From Octopus bimaculoides (Eukaryota): a DNA stretch of 64,000 nucleotides. Shown here piece after piece: positions 24,649 through 38,464 of the stretch; the stretch's first letter is position 1, and each line of letters begins with the position of its first letter. The position numbers were made by a program, and so were the translations under genes. The notes beneath the pieces were generated by a model that saw nothing but the letters and a program-made list of their open reading frames with translations, was not told the origin of the DNA and ran no database searches. The DNA lies in assembly GCF_001194135.2 (NCBI RefSeq), contig NC_069003.1:31006614-31070613 (forward strand). The letters run 5' to 3'.

Positions 24649-25002
24649 AGTGATGCTCAGGTATATGTATGTGTATGTATATATATATATATATATATAT
24701 ATTTATTTATTTGTGTGATGTATGTATATGTCAGTATATGTGAATGATGCTTTTGTATATGTATATATGTATGTGTATATATTTGTATGTGATGCATGTA
24801 TGTATGTGTGTGTGTGTGTGTGTGTGATGTATGTGTATTTGTGTATATACTGCATGTGAGTGAGGCTCATGTGTATATAAATATATTTGTGACTGTGATG
24901 CATGTACATGTCTTTATATAAGAGTGATGTTTCTGTGTATGAATGTAAATGTGTGTATATGTATGTGTGTGTATGTGTGTGTATGTGTGTGTNNNNNNNN
25001 NN

Positions 25003-25035
<33 letters not shown>

Positions 25036-25039
25036 TGTG

Positions 25040-26370
25040 TAGGAAATTAGTTATGTGGGTAACTAGGCAGGTAGTTCAGTAGGTATGTATATGATGTATA
25101 GGTAGGTACAGAGGTAAAGTATGAATGCAGGTACGTAGGAAGGTGTTTAATGAGGTTGGCAGATACAGGGGTAAAAAAGCAAGTAGGAAGGCGGGTAGCT
25201 AGGTAAGTGGTTATGTAGGTAGGTAGGTAGGTAGGTAGATAAATAGGTAGGTAGGTAGGTAGGTAGTTATCAAAGTATGTATGTAATGGGTAGGTAGGTA
25301 ATTATGACAAAAAAGGTAACTAGGTAGGTAGGTAGGTAGATAGGTAGGTATGGAAGTAGGAAGGTAGACATGTTAGTACATAGGTAGGTTGGTAGATATG
25401 CATATAGGTAGATGGGCATGAACATAGGTAGGTAAGTGGGTATGAATGTAGTTAGATAGACAGGTAGGTAAACAAGTAACTAGGTAAGAGATTATCAAGC
25501 TATGTAAGTATATGGTGGGCAGTTAGATATGTAGGAAAAAACAATAGCTAGGTAGGTAGGTAGGTAGGTGGGTNNNNNNNNNNNNNNNNNNNNNNNNNNN
25601 NNNNNNNNNNNNNNNNNNNNNNNNNNNNNNNNNNNNNNNNNNNNNNNNNNNNNNNNNNNNNNNNNNNNNNNNNNNNNNNNNNNNNNNNNNNNNNNNNNNN
25701 NNNNNNNNNNNNNNNNNNNNNNNNNNNNNNNNNNNNNNNNNNNNNNNNNNNNNNNNNNNNNNNNNNNNNNNNNNNNNNNNNNNNNNNNNNNNNNNNNNNN
25801 NNNNNNNNNNNNNNNNNNNNNNNNNNNNNNNNNNNNNNNNNNNNNNNNNNNNNNNNNNNNNNNNNNNNNNNNNNNNNNNNNNNNNNNNNNNNNNNNNNNN
25901 NNNNNNNNNNNNNNNNNNNNNNNNNNNNNNNNNNNNNNNNNNNNNNNNNNNNNNNNNNNNNNNNNNNNNNNNNNNNNNNNNNNNNNNNNNNNNNNNNNNN
26001 NNNNNNNNNNNNNNNNNNNNNNNNNNNNNNNNNNNNNNNNNNNNNNNNNNNNNNNNNNNNNNNNNNNNNNNNNNNNNNNNNNNNNNNNNNNNNNNNNNNN
26101 NNNNNNNTAGGTAGGTAGGTAGGTGGGTGGGAGGGTATGAATTGGGTGGGAGGGTATGAATTTGGTGGGTAGGTAGGTAGGTAGGTAGGTAGGTAGGTGG
26201 GTGGGAGGGTATGAATTGGGTGGGTAGGTAGGTAGGTAGGTGGGTAGGTAGGTAGGTAGGTGGGAGGGTATGAATTGGGTGGGTAGGTAGGTAGGTGGAT
26301 ATGAATGTAGGTAGGTAGATAGGTTGGTTGGTAGGCAGCTAGATAGTTATAACATGGGTAGGTAACAGAT
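25040..26370 (+). repeat. Degenerate (TAGG)n tetranucleotide array spanning gap 25574-26107, with GGGTGGGAGGG variants
   Basis: Directly visible. Confidence 0.95.
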
Positions 26371-26649
26371 ATGTAAGCAGGTTGATATTACTGAACCCCC
26401 ATGCCAACACTAATCAAGCAAACACATAGCCAAAGGCATTCCAGCTGTGACCATCCCGTTTGTTTTTCTCCTTTTAACCTATGTGTGGGCAAACCAGGAC
26501 CTCATTATTTAATGCATCCTTTTCTTTATTGTAAATTAAGAAATTTTTGGCTGCTGTTTCTAGCATGTTATTAGACCAGCTTGGGCTCTCCCTTGTTTCT
26601 GATGGTGGGTGGTAAGCTGGTTATGATAACAAGCAGAAGAAGGACTCAA

Positions 26650-26693
<44 letters not shown>

Positions 26694-27269
26694 CATGATT
26701 GATTGTTATGCTTCAGTGGTTATATAAAGTTGTCTCTAGCAAAATAGTTTTAAAACGAAATTTAAAAAAAAAAATTTATTTTTAATGTATGTAAAAAAAA
26801 AAGAAGAAATTGTAAAAAAAAAATTTACTATGATTTTTCAGAAATTTGATTTTCAAACAGATCAATATGCTACCACTCTGTGTAAATGTGTGTGTGTTTG
26901 TGTGTGTGTTCATATTTGTGTGCATGTGTGTGTAGGTATGTATGTGTGTACATACATATATACACATACACACAAACATATATATATACACACACACATA
27001 CAAGCATGTGTATATGTTTGTGTGAATGTGCATGTGTTCGCATGTATGTCAAAATGTGTAAACGCTTCAATGTGCATGTATGCGTGTGTTTGCATGTGTG
27101 TATGTGTATGTGCTTACATTTATCTATGCATATGTATGTGTATATGGACATGTGTGTTTGTCTAAATATGCATGTCAGCTTATCAGCTTATGTGTGTGTG
27201 TGTGTGTGTGTTTGTGTGTGTGCTTAAAATGCATAACTGACTGTAGGTCTTCACAACAAATATTTCCTG

Positions 27270-27660
27270 CACTACCACCATCACCACCACCACCACCACC
27301 NNNNNNNNNNNNNNNNNNNNNNNNNNNNNNNNNNNNNNNNNNNNNNNNNNNNNNNNNNNNNNNNNNNNNNNNNNNNNNNNNNNNNNNNNNNNNNNNNNNN
27401 NNNNNNNNNNNNNNNNNNNNNNNNNNNNNNNNNNNNNNNNNNNNNNNNNNNNNNNNNNNNNNNNNNNNNNNNNNNNNNNNNNNNNNTCTTCACAACAAAT
27501 ATTTCCTGCACTACCACCATCACCACCACCACCACCACCACCATCAGCACCACCACCATCGGCACCACTGCCACCCATAACACCACCGCCACCATCATCA
27601 CCACCACCACCACCACCACCACTACCCTCACCATCACCAATACATCGGCACCACCACCAC
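27270..27660 (+). repeat. (CAC)n-rich array. (GGT)n-rich tracts at 24050-24260 and 35110-35210; (CAT)/(CCT) at 63790-64000
   Basis: Directly visible. Confidence 0.9.
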
Positions 27661-28059
27661 CATGTCTGACAAACTGTATCAAGGAGGAACCAATAAAGGG
27701 TGTCTCTATGTGGTTGTTTAAACCTGCAGGAAATAGCAGCCAAATCTCATTCAAATCACAAATCTTAAAAAAAAAGAAAAATGACACACTATTTAATGTC
27801 CTAATATATACCCACTAACAAATGGGCTGGTCATGCATGGAATACATATGACGTATGAATCTTTGTGTCTATGTTTGTCTTCCACCACTGCTTGACGACA
27901 GGTGTTGATGTGTTTACATCTCTGTAACTTAGCAGTCAGGTAAAAGAAACCAATAGAATAAATATTAGGCTTAAAATATAAGTTCTGGGGTCAATTTGTT
28001 TGACTAAAACCCTTCAAGGTGGTGCCCCAGCATGGCTGCAGTCAAATGATTGAAACAAG

Positions 28060-28310
28060 CAGTGCCATTCATTTTCAATGTTCTGTGAAAAATATGTCTG
28101 GACATGAGGGAATATTACTTTACTTGGAAACAGGTAAAGGTTGGCATCAGAAGAGCATCCAGCCGTAGAAACTTTGCCAAAGCAGACAGTAGAATCTGGT
28201 GCAGTCCGCTGGCTTGCCAGCTCCTGTCAAACTGTCCAACCCATGCCAACATGGAAAGGGAACCATCAGATGGTGATGATAGTGACGTCGTTGATGATGA
28301 TGATGATGAA
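28060..28310 (+). mobile_element. RTE-tail element ending about 30 nt from the exon-3 donor
   Basis: ggttggcatcagaagagcatccagccgtagaaac...cccatgccaacatggaaag then (gat)n. Confidence 0.7.
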
Positions 28311-28339
28311 GAAGAAACAGAATATCAAATATAACTTAC

Positions 28340-28428
28340 CTGTTGTTCAAGTATTTGCTATAATTAAATATATGTATATCCAAGCATTCCTCACTTTCAA
28401 TTGGTCGAGCCACTGGCCATTCGAATAT
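28340..28428 (-). CDS. OTOF: Otoferlin exon-3 equivalent (C2A), 89 nt, phase 0 to 2: IFEWPVARPIESEECLDIHIFNYSKYLNN(R)
   Basis: Acceptor tcttattattgtag|ATA, donor CAG|gtaagt. Resembles human [30 protein letters not shown] (recalled). Confidence 0.93.
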
Positions 28429-28767
28429 CTACAATAATAAGATGAATGAATAAATGAATGGAATGCAAAGTAATGTCAAAGCAGGGGGCTATGATTTAGA
28501 GATATATACACACACAAGCATGCATATGTGTATGTATTTGTACATGTGTGGGTGTGTGTGCATTAATATTAATAAGAATAAAGAGTATAGAGACTTTTAC
28601 ATACACAAATTCATTTTATAGCTATGTACAAGTTATAACGACCTACACGTGTTTCCACTGCAGTGACTCCTGATCATTGAGATTAGCTGTTAACTGGAAC
28701 TTAACTGAGAGCCAATACAATATCCACCCAGATAATATATCCCTCCAAACTCACTTTTATATATATA

Positions 28768-28814
<47 letters not shown>

Positions 28815-29544
28815 NNNNNNNNNNNNNNNNNNNNNNNNNNNNNNNNNNNATATATATATTTATATATTTAGTCCTAGGAAGCTGGACCACTTCCTGTTGG
28901 CCTTGACACATTTCCTGTGTCCTTATGCTTATGAGGGGCAGACAAGCACCTCCACCCAGCCAAGCCTGCATCCAGGGACATGTTTCTGAGTTTTTGCTCA
29001 TCATCAGCCTAGAGTCGCATGACTTGCTGGCTGAAGATGCCTGTCTAGCTCTCGTAAACGTATAATAATTCTAGTGAAACACATTCAGTGCTTACAAAAA
29101 TTAGAAATGATACATTTCTTAATCTTTGAGAGAGACTTAAAGAAGCACTCAATGATTTGGTGGACTGTCTGAAGTTGTATACTGAAGAATTTCTCCCATG
29201 GAAACTTGAGCTTAAATCAAACAGAAAACCCAAAGGGATTTAGAATATAAATCAAAGTGAAAAATGGAGTTTATGGCTTTTATCTAATTGTTGATTTCTC
29301 TTTGAAAGACTAGTCTTGTCTTTCCTCTCACTTAGGGAGACTTCAGTGAAGAAGCAACTACTAAAAGAAAATGCCCCAAACACTCAAAGGAGTCATTCGG
29401 AAGACAGTGGCTACAACAACAACAAAAGTAACACAATAACAACACAATAACAACAACAACAACAGCAGCAACTCTTACATGATTCCAAATACAGAAGCTA
29501 TTCCAAGAGAAACCTTGTTTGTTAACACGAAACTTTTTTTTTAA

Positions 29545-30110
29545 TATCGCTTTCATATTTTGTCACAAGGCCAGCAATTTCAGGGAAGGAAGGCAAGGCA
29601 ATTAGATTGACCCCAGTGTTCAGCTGGTACTTGTTTTATCGACCCTGAAGGGATGAAAGGTCAAGTCGAACGTGGCAGAATTTGAACTCGTATCATAATG
29701 ACATGAAATTCCGCTGAGCATTTTGCCCAGCATGCTAACAATTCTGCCAGCTCATTGCCTTCATCTTTTTTAATATTCTTTTCTACTTTAGGCACAATGT
29801 CCAAAATATTTGGGGAGGGAGCCAGTCGATTAGATCGACCCTAGTACACAGCTGGTACTTAATTTATCGATCCCAAAAGGATGAAAGGCAAAGTCGATCT
29901 TGGCAGAATTTGAACTCAGAGTGTAAAGACAGCCAGGTAAAATGCTTAATGGCATTTCATCCATCCTTATGTTCTGAGTTCCAATTGCACTGAGGTTGAC
30001 TTAGCCTTTTATCCTTTCAGGGTCGGTAAAATAACTACCAGTTAAGCACTGGAATTGATGTCATCGTCTTGCCCACCTCCTCCAATGTTTTTGGCTTTAA
30101 ACCAAAATTT
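29545..30110. mobile_element. Cluster of three SINE-B copies: about 29545-29762(-), 29778-29935(-), 29990-30110(+, partial)
   Basis: Repeated gaccccagt..actggtacttaatttatcga..aaaggatgaaaggcaaagtcga core. Confidence 0.78.
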
Positions 30111-32548
30111 GGAACTGATATTAAATGAACAGAGAAAATATTTGGCTCTTTCCGAGGTACGAGAAAAAAAAGTGTAGAGGGAAGAATTTTGTGAGACTCA
30201 ACAGTATTTCTCTAGCACAAGAGATAATCCAGGAGAAGGTGAAAAGAAAAATTAGACATCTCTGCTTATAAAAAGACAGAAGCAAATTAAATTTCCTCAC
30301 ATGTCAAGTTGTACAATTAGCCCTCCAGGACATGAATATATTGGAAGAAACTGAAACAAGCAACTGGAAAAAACAAAAGCTAAGGCACTATTTGCTGTAC
30401 CTTTAAAAGTGAAAGTGAAACCAAAAAACTGATCACTGGTGTATTCCATTGCACTGAAACCAATCTTGATAATCTTTTTTGAAAAGTGGGCAGTGTGAGA
30501 CATGGCTCATAATGAGGTAGGCTGCACTACTAAAAAGACAAATTCTAAGCAATTTTTTTGTTGGTGCTCCATTCAGAAATGCCTGCTGACTACATGTGGC
30601 TCACAGACCACAGTTTTCCCATGACTACATCGATCCATAAAAGCTTGCAGGAAAATGAAAACATTACAGTGAGTTAATTAGCTGAGAGAGCTGGGAAAAC
30701 ATTTTAGACAATGCAGTCTCAGGTATCCTGCAAAAAGTTATGATAGTCAGAATTGGACTGTCTTTGATCATAGATTTGCTTCTGCTTATTTAGGCCTTAT
30801 CTGGAACTAAACAATAACAGCAACAACAATAACAACAACAGCAACAACAAAACTGCCATCTTATATTGTGCTGATTTGTAACAAATGGAAACAAAAAGAA
30901 AATCAAACATTTTCTTTGAAGATTTTTTTTCGCGCTTATTCTCTGTTCACATTTTTTTTTCTTCTCCTATCTTATCCCCATTTGCTGAACAGATTTCTTT
31001 GTAGTCAAAGTTTATACAGACATTTCTCCCGCTGCAATTCTCACGCCAATTAGAAACCAGCTTGACCATAAACTGGTTTAGTAATTGTCTGAGAGTTTTA
31101 CATCAGCTATTTGGCAAATCGATTCTTCAGAACGTCTTCAGCGTAGAAAGAAGGGTCAAAGCAGTAGAAGTTGCTTTATTGTGTTATATTATTGTCGGCT
31201 CAAAAGAGTTATATTAAGTGACCATGCAAAGTGAAGTACATTTTGCTGTCTCAACTCCACTTCAAATAATCACTGGCACTTGTTGATATTATTGTTGTTT
31301 AACCCAAGGTCAATCTCCTCCCTCCCCCTCGTCTTATTGTTAAAACTATTCCAGAAGTGATCAGCCGATCTTTTTTCCTATATGAAGAGAATCTAGGACC
31401 GTTTTATCCGACAAGTCCTTTTTTAAGACATTGAAGTATAATTTGAGGAAAATTTGACTGCTATTTCTTGTTGGTATAGCAACTCACTTACACAGACCCT
31501 CTCCCTCATCATTATCGTTGTTTCATGCCTGTTTTCCATGCTGGCATGGGTCAAACATTTTGACAAGAGCCAACCAACCAAAGGACTGTATCAAGTTCCA
31601 ATATCTGCTATGGCATGGTTTCTTATGACTGGATGCCCTTCCTAATGCCAACCACTTTACAAAGTGTACTGGGTGCTTTTTACATGGCACTGGAACCAAT
31701 GGAGGTCACCAAGTAACTCACAAGACAAGACCCCGCTTAACTGAGAAAGGGGGTGTAGTACCAAGGGGGTGGCTTTAAGCTAAGTTTTGAGAAGAAGGGG
31801 TTAAAGGGTAGAAATGGGTGTCTCGCAATAAAGGAGATACATGGCTGGCAGTGGCCTGAGTTAACCTGAGCCAATTCAGGAAAATAATTCACCATCACAT
31901 TTTAAATCTTTTGATACCAATCCACCTGAGACCACCAACGCAAATTATGAGCTCTTTAAAAATTAATGGTTATAAGTCATTAATTTTAAAGAGTTTGTAA
32001 TTATATAANNNNNNNNNNNNNNNNNNNNNNNNNNNNNNNNNNNNNNNNNNNNNNNNNNNNNNNNNNNNNNNNNNNNNNNNNNNNNNNNNNNNNNNNNNNN
32101 NNNNNNNNNNNNNNNNNNNNNNNNNNNNNNNNNNNNNNNNNNNNNNNNNNNNNNNNNNNNNNNNNNNNNNNNNNNNNNNNNNNNNNNNNNNNNNNNNNNN
32201 NNNNNNNNNNNNNNNNNNNNNNNNNNNNNNNNNNNNNNNNNNNNNNNNNNNNNNNNNNNNNNNNNNNNNNNNNNNNNNNNNNNNNNNNNNNNNNNNNNNN
32301 NNNNNNNNNNNNNNNNNNNNNNNNNNNNNNNNNNNNNNNNNNNNNNNNNNNNNNNNNNNNNNNNNNNNNNNNNNNNNNNNNNNNNNNNNNNNNNNNNNNN
32401 NNNNNNNNNNNNNNNNNNNNNNNNNNNNNNNNNNNNNNNNNNNNNNNNNNNNNNNNNNNNNNNNNNNNNNNNNNNNNNNNNNNNNNNNNNNNNNNNNNNN
32501 NNNNNNNNNNNNNNNNNNNNNNNNNNNNNNNNNNNNNNNNNNNNNNNN

Positions 32549-32586
<38 letters not shown>

Positions 32587-32593
32587 ATACATT

Positions 32594-32645
<52 letters not shown>

Positions 32646-33211
32646 TGTATGTATGTATGAATAAATAATCACCCTGAATAACAAATAGCTCTAGATAAAA
32701 AAGTAATAACACAAACACACATTTCGCTCTCTTTTTTTTTCTTTCTTTTTCTTTTCTTTTCTTAAATGTCATCAGAATTACTTGAAGAAGTTAGACCTTC
32801 AAAGGAAAACTCTAAACATTTACCCTTTTAAAAAAACATGAAATAATTATTTTTACTTTTATAGAAAAGATTAAAAAGGCGTAAAAACCTATATTTTATT
32901 TTATCTTCTGAGAAATGTTGTCATTAAAGAGATAAAAGAAACAAAGGGAAAAACATTGAAAGCTCTCCATAAAATCCTGGTTTGTAATTAAGGAATGAAT
33001 CTTCAAATAGATTTAGTAAAAATGAAAATAAGTATCCTGGAATAAGAAGACGAAAGCGTGCTGTAATTATTGGAACTCCTGCAAGGATAACCCTATTCTT
33101 ATCTCTTCCTGCAGACAATTAATGATAAACAATATTGATTTAACCCTCACTGATATCAAAATACCTGTTAAAACAAATGCTAACACATAACAAGGATGAT
33201 AATTATAATGT

Positions 33212-33224
<13 letters not shown>

Positions 33225-33265
<41 letters not shown>

Positions 33266-33642
33266 TCCTTTCTGCTGTAGGCACAAGGCCTGGAATTTTA
33301 AGGAGTGGGGGCTAATCGTCGACTACATTGACCGCAGAGTGCAACTGGTACTTATTTCATTGACCCCGAAAGGGTGAGTAGTAAAGTTGACCTCGGAGGG
33401 ATTTGAATTCAGAAAGTAAAGATAGAGGAAATGCCACCCTTGAGTGGGATGGGCTACTCAACCCGAAGAAAATTCTAACTGGGCCTCACCTGCGAGGTCA
33501 TGCGCTGTTTATCTTGATATTAGATCACCATGTCACGCACATATGGCTGTGATGCATGTGCCTGGTAGTCATGATGAGTATACTGGACTTCGTATATTTG
33601 TACCCCAGTGTCACTTTGATGGCATGCACTCCTCTCTCACTC

Positions 33643-33687
<45 letters not shown>

Positions 33688-33922
33688 TAATAATAATAAT
33701 AATCCTTTCTGCTAAAAAAAAAAAAAGCACAAGGCCTGAAATTTTGGGGAGGGACAAGTCATTCACATCGACCCCAGTGTTTCGCTGGTACTTGATTTAT
33801 CAAACCTGAAGGGATGAAAGACAAAGCCAACCACAGCAGAATTTGAACTCAGAGTGTAAAAGCAGAAGAAATGCTACCAAGCAATTTGCCCAGTGTGCTA
33901 ACGATTCTGCCAGCTTGTTATC
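33225..33922. mobile_element. Two SINE-B copies on - (about 33263-33430 and 33700-33922) with (AAT)n tracts, flanking another retroposon 3' end
   Basis: Family-B core in reverse complement. Confidence 0.75.
33444..33700 (+). mobile_element. Probable 3' end of a non-LTR retroposon with (AAT)n tail, unclassified
   Basis: GC-richer segment ...gtcactttgatggcatgcactcctctctcactc ending directly in (AAT)n. Single copy here; recalled as a recurrent octopus repeat, not verified. Confidence 0.5.
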
Positions 33923-34579
33923 TTCTTTACCAATAATGGTAATCATTTCTAAGCAAGCATTGTTCTGCCATAGCTAAAAGTAACAAGAATACTTATCGCG
34001 AATAGATCGGAGTCTTGTGTGTTTTTCTTTGGTTGTTACTCATGTTATATAATTTTTATCTTTATTGTTTTTTTTTTGTTATTGATTTATATTTTATTTT
34101 ATATTATTTTTAAACCTGACAAACACAGCGAAACAAAGAAGATATATGTATATAATTATAAAGAAACTACAAAGCTATTGATTGGATATCTACATCAATA
34201 ATTCTTACCAGTTTTCTTTCTTTAAATTGTTTTTTATCAAGTGATGTACTCTTGCACGTGTGTGTGTGTGTGTGCGTGTGCGTTTATAAATATATACATA
34301 TATGTGTGTTTATAGATGTATATATGTGCATATGTGTGTATACGTGTATGTATATATATATATATATATATATATCTACACACATATATATGTATAGTGA
34401 CCTGACAGGTATATGGAATCCTTCATACACACACATATATATGCATGTATGTATATGTATGTGCATATAACATATATATATATATGTCTGTATGCATATA
34501 TGTACACTCACACACACATATATACATATATATGTCTGCATGCATATATGTACACACACATATATATACACATATATGT

Positions 34580-34688
<109 letters not shown>

Positions 34689-35328
34689 TAGATAAATATA
34701 TGTACATATATACATAAATATCAAGACAAAGAGAAAAAGGAGATTTAGACATCTTTATACATGTGTATCTATCTGTCTATATATATGCATACATACATAT
34801 ATATATACACACATATACACAAGTATATATACACACATATAGATTTATCTATATATATCAATACATTCATACACAATATACTGCAACAAAGAACAAGAGG
34901 AATCCTCCGCCATTGTGCGATAAGATGTTACAGGAGATAAGTAAGTAGGTAGATAAACAACACAGGTAAACAACACGGCAATATATAGAAACTATGTTGT
35001 ATGTTGGTGTGTTTAGCTGGAATGTTCAATGTAGCTAGAAGATTCGGTTTGCTAAACAATTCATCATGCTATTCATTATTGTTTGACATCTTAGTTAATG
35101 TTGTGGCAGTCATGGTGGTGACGGTGGTGGTCGTGGTGGTATGATGATAACGATGACGGCAACAATGATGATGGTGGTGGTGGTGGTGGTGGTGGCGGTG
35201 ATGATGATGATGCTATATCTATTCGGTTATATCAGAAAATGATTGGGTTAACAATTTTGGCTGACTGGTTTTGCTTCCTCATTCTTTGGCGGTGGCTAGT
35301 AGAAATACCGATCCACTCCCTTCATGAG

Positions 35329-35367
<39 letters not shown>

Positions 35368-35369
35368 CT

Positions 35370-35645
35370 TTGTTGCGCTCCATAAGACCCACCACAATAG
35401 AATTGATGTCCTAAACCTAAGGTGCCATGTAAAAAGCACTGGTGATGGGGGGGGGGAGCACATAAAAAGCACCAAGTACGCTCTGTGAAGTGGTTGGCAT
35501 TAGGAAAGGCATCCAAATCGAAACAGACTATGGAACATGATGTGGTCCCTGGCCTTCTCAGCTTCTGTCAAGCTGCGAAATCCATGCCAGCATGGAAAAC
35601 AGACATTAAATGTTGATGATGACGATGATGATGATGATGATGATG
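35370..35645 (+). mobile_element. RTE-tail element with (GAT)n tail
   Basis: gtggttggcattaggaaaggcatcc...ccatgccagcatggaaaacagacattaaatgttgatgat. Confidence 0.7.
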
Positions 35646-35648
35646 ATA

Positions 35649-35681
<33 letters not shown>

Positions 35682-36031
35682 ATAGTGGAAGTTGATTTGT
35701 GGCTGAGTTATATATATATANNNNNNNNNNNNNNNNNNNNNNNNNNNNNNNNNNNNNNNNNNNNNNNNNNNNNNNNNNNNNNNNNNNNNNNNNNNNNNNN
35801 NNNNNNNNNNNNNNNNNNNNNNNNNNNNNNNNNNNNNNNNNNNNNNNNNNNNNNNNNNNNNNNNNNNNNNNNNNNNNNNNNNNNNNNNNNNNNNNNNNNN
35901 NNNNNNNNNNNNNNNNNNNNNNNNNNNNNNNNNNNNNNNNNNNNNNNNNNNNNNNNNNNNNNNNNNNNNNNNNNNNNNNNNNNNNNNNNNNNNNNNNNNN
36001 NNNNNNNNNNNNNNNNNNNNNNNNNNNNNNN

Positions 36032-36062
<31 letters not shown>

Positions 36063-36250
36063 GAGAATATACAAAAAATAACAACAGACGAGGACAGGTG
36101 GTGTAAATAACAAAAGTATATATTAGTATGACGCTCGGGAATACGGAAAGTCTTTGACGTTTCGAGCTACGCTCTTCAACAGAAAGAATACGGAGACAAG
36201 GAGAAAAACACGGAGAAAAAAAATTGAATAGTGTTCAGTCAACGGTCAAT
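36063..36250 (-). mobile_element. Penelope-like-element-derived non-autonomous remnant; second copy at about 1605-1765
   Basis: The two copies share gacagg..gt.taaa.aacaaa..g.tattagt.t.ac.ctc.g.a..gaaagtcttt.a.gtttc.agc.ta.gctcttcaacagaaag. The hammerhead-like core on - is typical of Penelope pLTRs. Confidence 0.55.
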
Positions 36251-37511
36251 CATAATATATATATATACATGCATAAACCTACATGTCCACAAAGACAAAC
36301 AACAAAACAAGCAACATTGATTTTTATATCATATGATACTTTTATTTATCATCCTACTTCAAATATTTCCAAACTGAATCTTATTGTTTATCATATTTTT
36401 TCATTGATTCCATCTTTTACTTTATCTTTTTATATTTCCTTCAGCCACATTTGTAATAAAATCCATGCAATCGCATAAATTTAATGGGAAGTTGATAAAA
36501 AATTAATCGCCATAAGATTTACCAAATTCTTATACTTGAAGGGGATTTCTTTTATCAGAATATATAATGTTCATCATGGAAAATCCTGTTTCTTTCCCTG
36601 CAGCAGGTCTTTGAGCAATGGCATCAATGATATTATTTTCTTTTTATTGCTAAGAACTTATTATGTAACATTTTCAACATAATCCAAGAAGTCATTGTTA
36701 CAGATCCTATGATGAAATTGCTTATAGAGTTCATCTTATCATTCTTTTGCTACTTCTCCGGGTACAACAATTTCATCAATGATCCAGTAATCTGGTTTAA
36801 CAATATTTACCAATTCCTGAATTCTTTCTTGTCTATCATTTGTTGATTGTATGATCTCAGCATCCATCACTCTCAGTTATATATTTCTTCTCACTGCATC
36901 CATTATTCGCCAGTAAAGAAATCCTTATATACTTCTTATTTCCAACAAACCCAGTGTATTGAAATACATCTGAAATCATCTGAAACAATTCCATTTATTT
37001 TCCTATCACAAGTACTCTTTCTCTCTTTGTGTATTCCAAATCTGTTGATTAACCTTTTTATTAAGTTTTTCAACACATGGTGGATATAACCCTTTTGCTT
37101 GATGAGTATTTGACAGAAATTTCTTCAACCATAAATCTAACATGCTTCTTTTCTAAGTAATGGGTTCTTAAATAGATATTCTCCTCTGTATTTTTGAATT
37201 TGTCAATCTATCTGCTGTATATACAATTGCATTATATAATGCTGAGCATATATGTACATTAATACTACATGAAAAAGGTTACAAAACAGCTATAACCACA
37301 TCAAATTCATGTGGAAAAATATATCTATCGTCACCTCTCACACCTCCTGAGATTATGTTTTATTTAATCCTCATTGAAAAATTTATCATTTAGATTTTCT
37401 GTATCATTTGGATATAAGAACAGGTTACATTACATTGTCATTTATTACAATGTAGACCTGATAGCCAATTCCAAATGAAGAGCTTACTGTGATAACTGCA
37501 TGATTCTCTAA

Positions 37512-37628
<117 letters not shown>

Positions 37629-38058
37629 TATGTATGTAAATATATGTATATATAATTATATCTAAATATATCACAGGAGTCAGCTTCATAATAAAGATGA
37701 GCACTGCTTCTTAATGTTCAAAGCTAAGATGGCTTTTTAGCCTAGGTGATGATTTGTAGCTTTTACTATGACTATAACATGAATATCCATTGTAAGTTAA
37801 ACGCAGCAATGCTGAATGTTAACAATTGCCATTGTGTATGGACTTGTATCTCTTCAGGTTATCAATAGAAAGACATTTATCATGTGATTGGCAGACATAA
37901 TTTCTTTCAGGTGGTGCCGACCCATTATTAGCTTGCTCTGGTTCATGTAACCTTTCAGTGGTTAACAAGAATGGTATTAGAAGGACAAACTGGAAAATGA
38001 ACTGCAAGATGAACGTTTGAAGTTACCATTCATATTTAGATAGCTAGCAACTAGCTAT

Positions 38059-38464
38059 TCTTTTACTCTTTTATGTGTTTCAGTCATTTGACTGTGGCCA
38101 TGCTGGAGCACCGCCTTTAGTCGAGCAAATTAACCCCGGGACTTATTCTTTGTAAGCCTAGTACTTATTCTATCGGTCTCTTTTGCCGAACCGCTATGTT
38201 ATGGGGACATAAACACACCAGCATCGGTTGTCAAGCGATGTTGGGGGGACAAACACAGACACACAAACATATACACATGCATACATATATACGTATATAC
38301 GACAAGCTTCTTTCAGTTTCCGTCTACCAAATCCAATCACAAGGCCTTGGTCAGCCCGAGGCTATAGTAGAAGATACTTGCCCAGAGTGCCACGCAGTGG
38401 GACTGAACCCAGAACCATGTGGTTGGTAAGCAAGCTACTTACCACACAGTCACTCTTGCACCTA
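38059..38464 (-). mobile_element. SINE family A, full length
   Basis: Reverse-complement match to 8935-9372 over its whole length. Confidence 0.88.

Noticed and set aside
25040-26370. Telomere-like array
   Set aside because: The unit is TAGG, not TTAGGG, and it is degenerate and intronic.
27247-27545. Direct repeat across gap 27301-27486 (also 49737-49806)
   Set aside because: Identical sequence on both sides of an N gap is typical of unmerged contig overlap.
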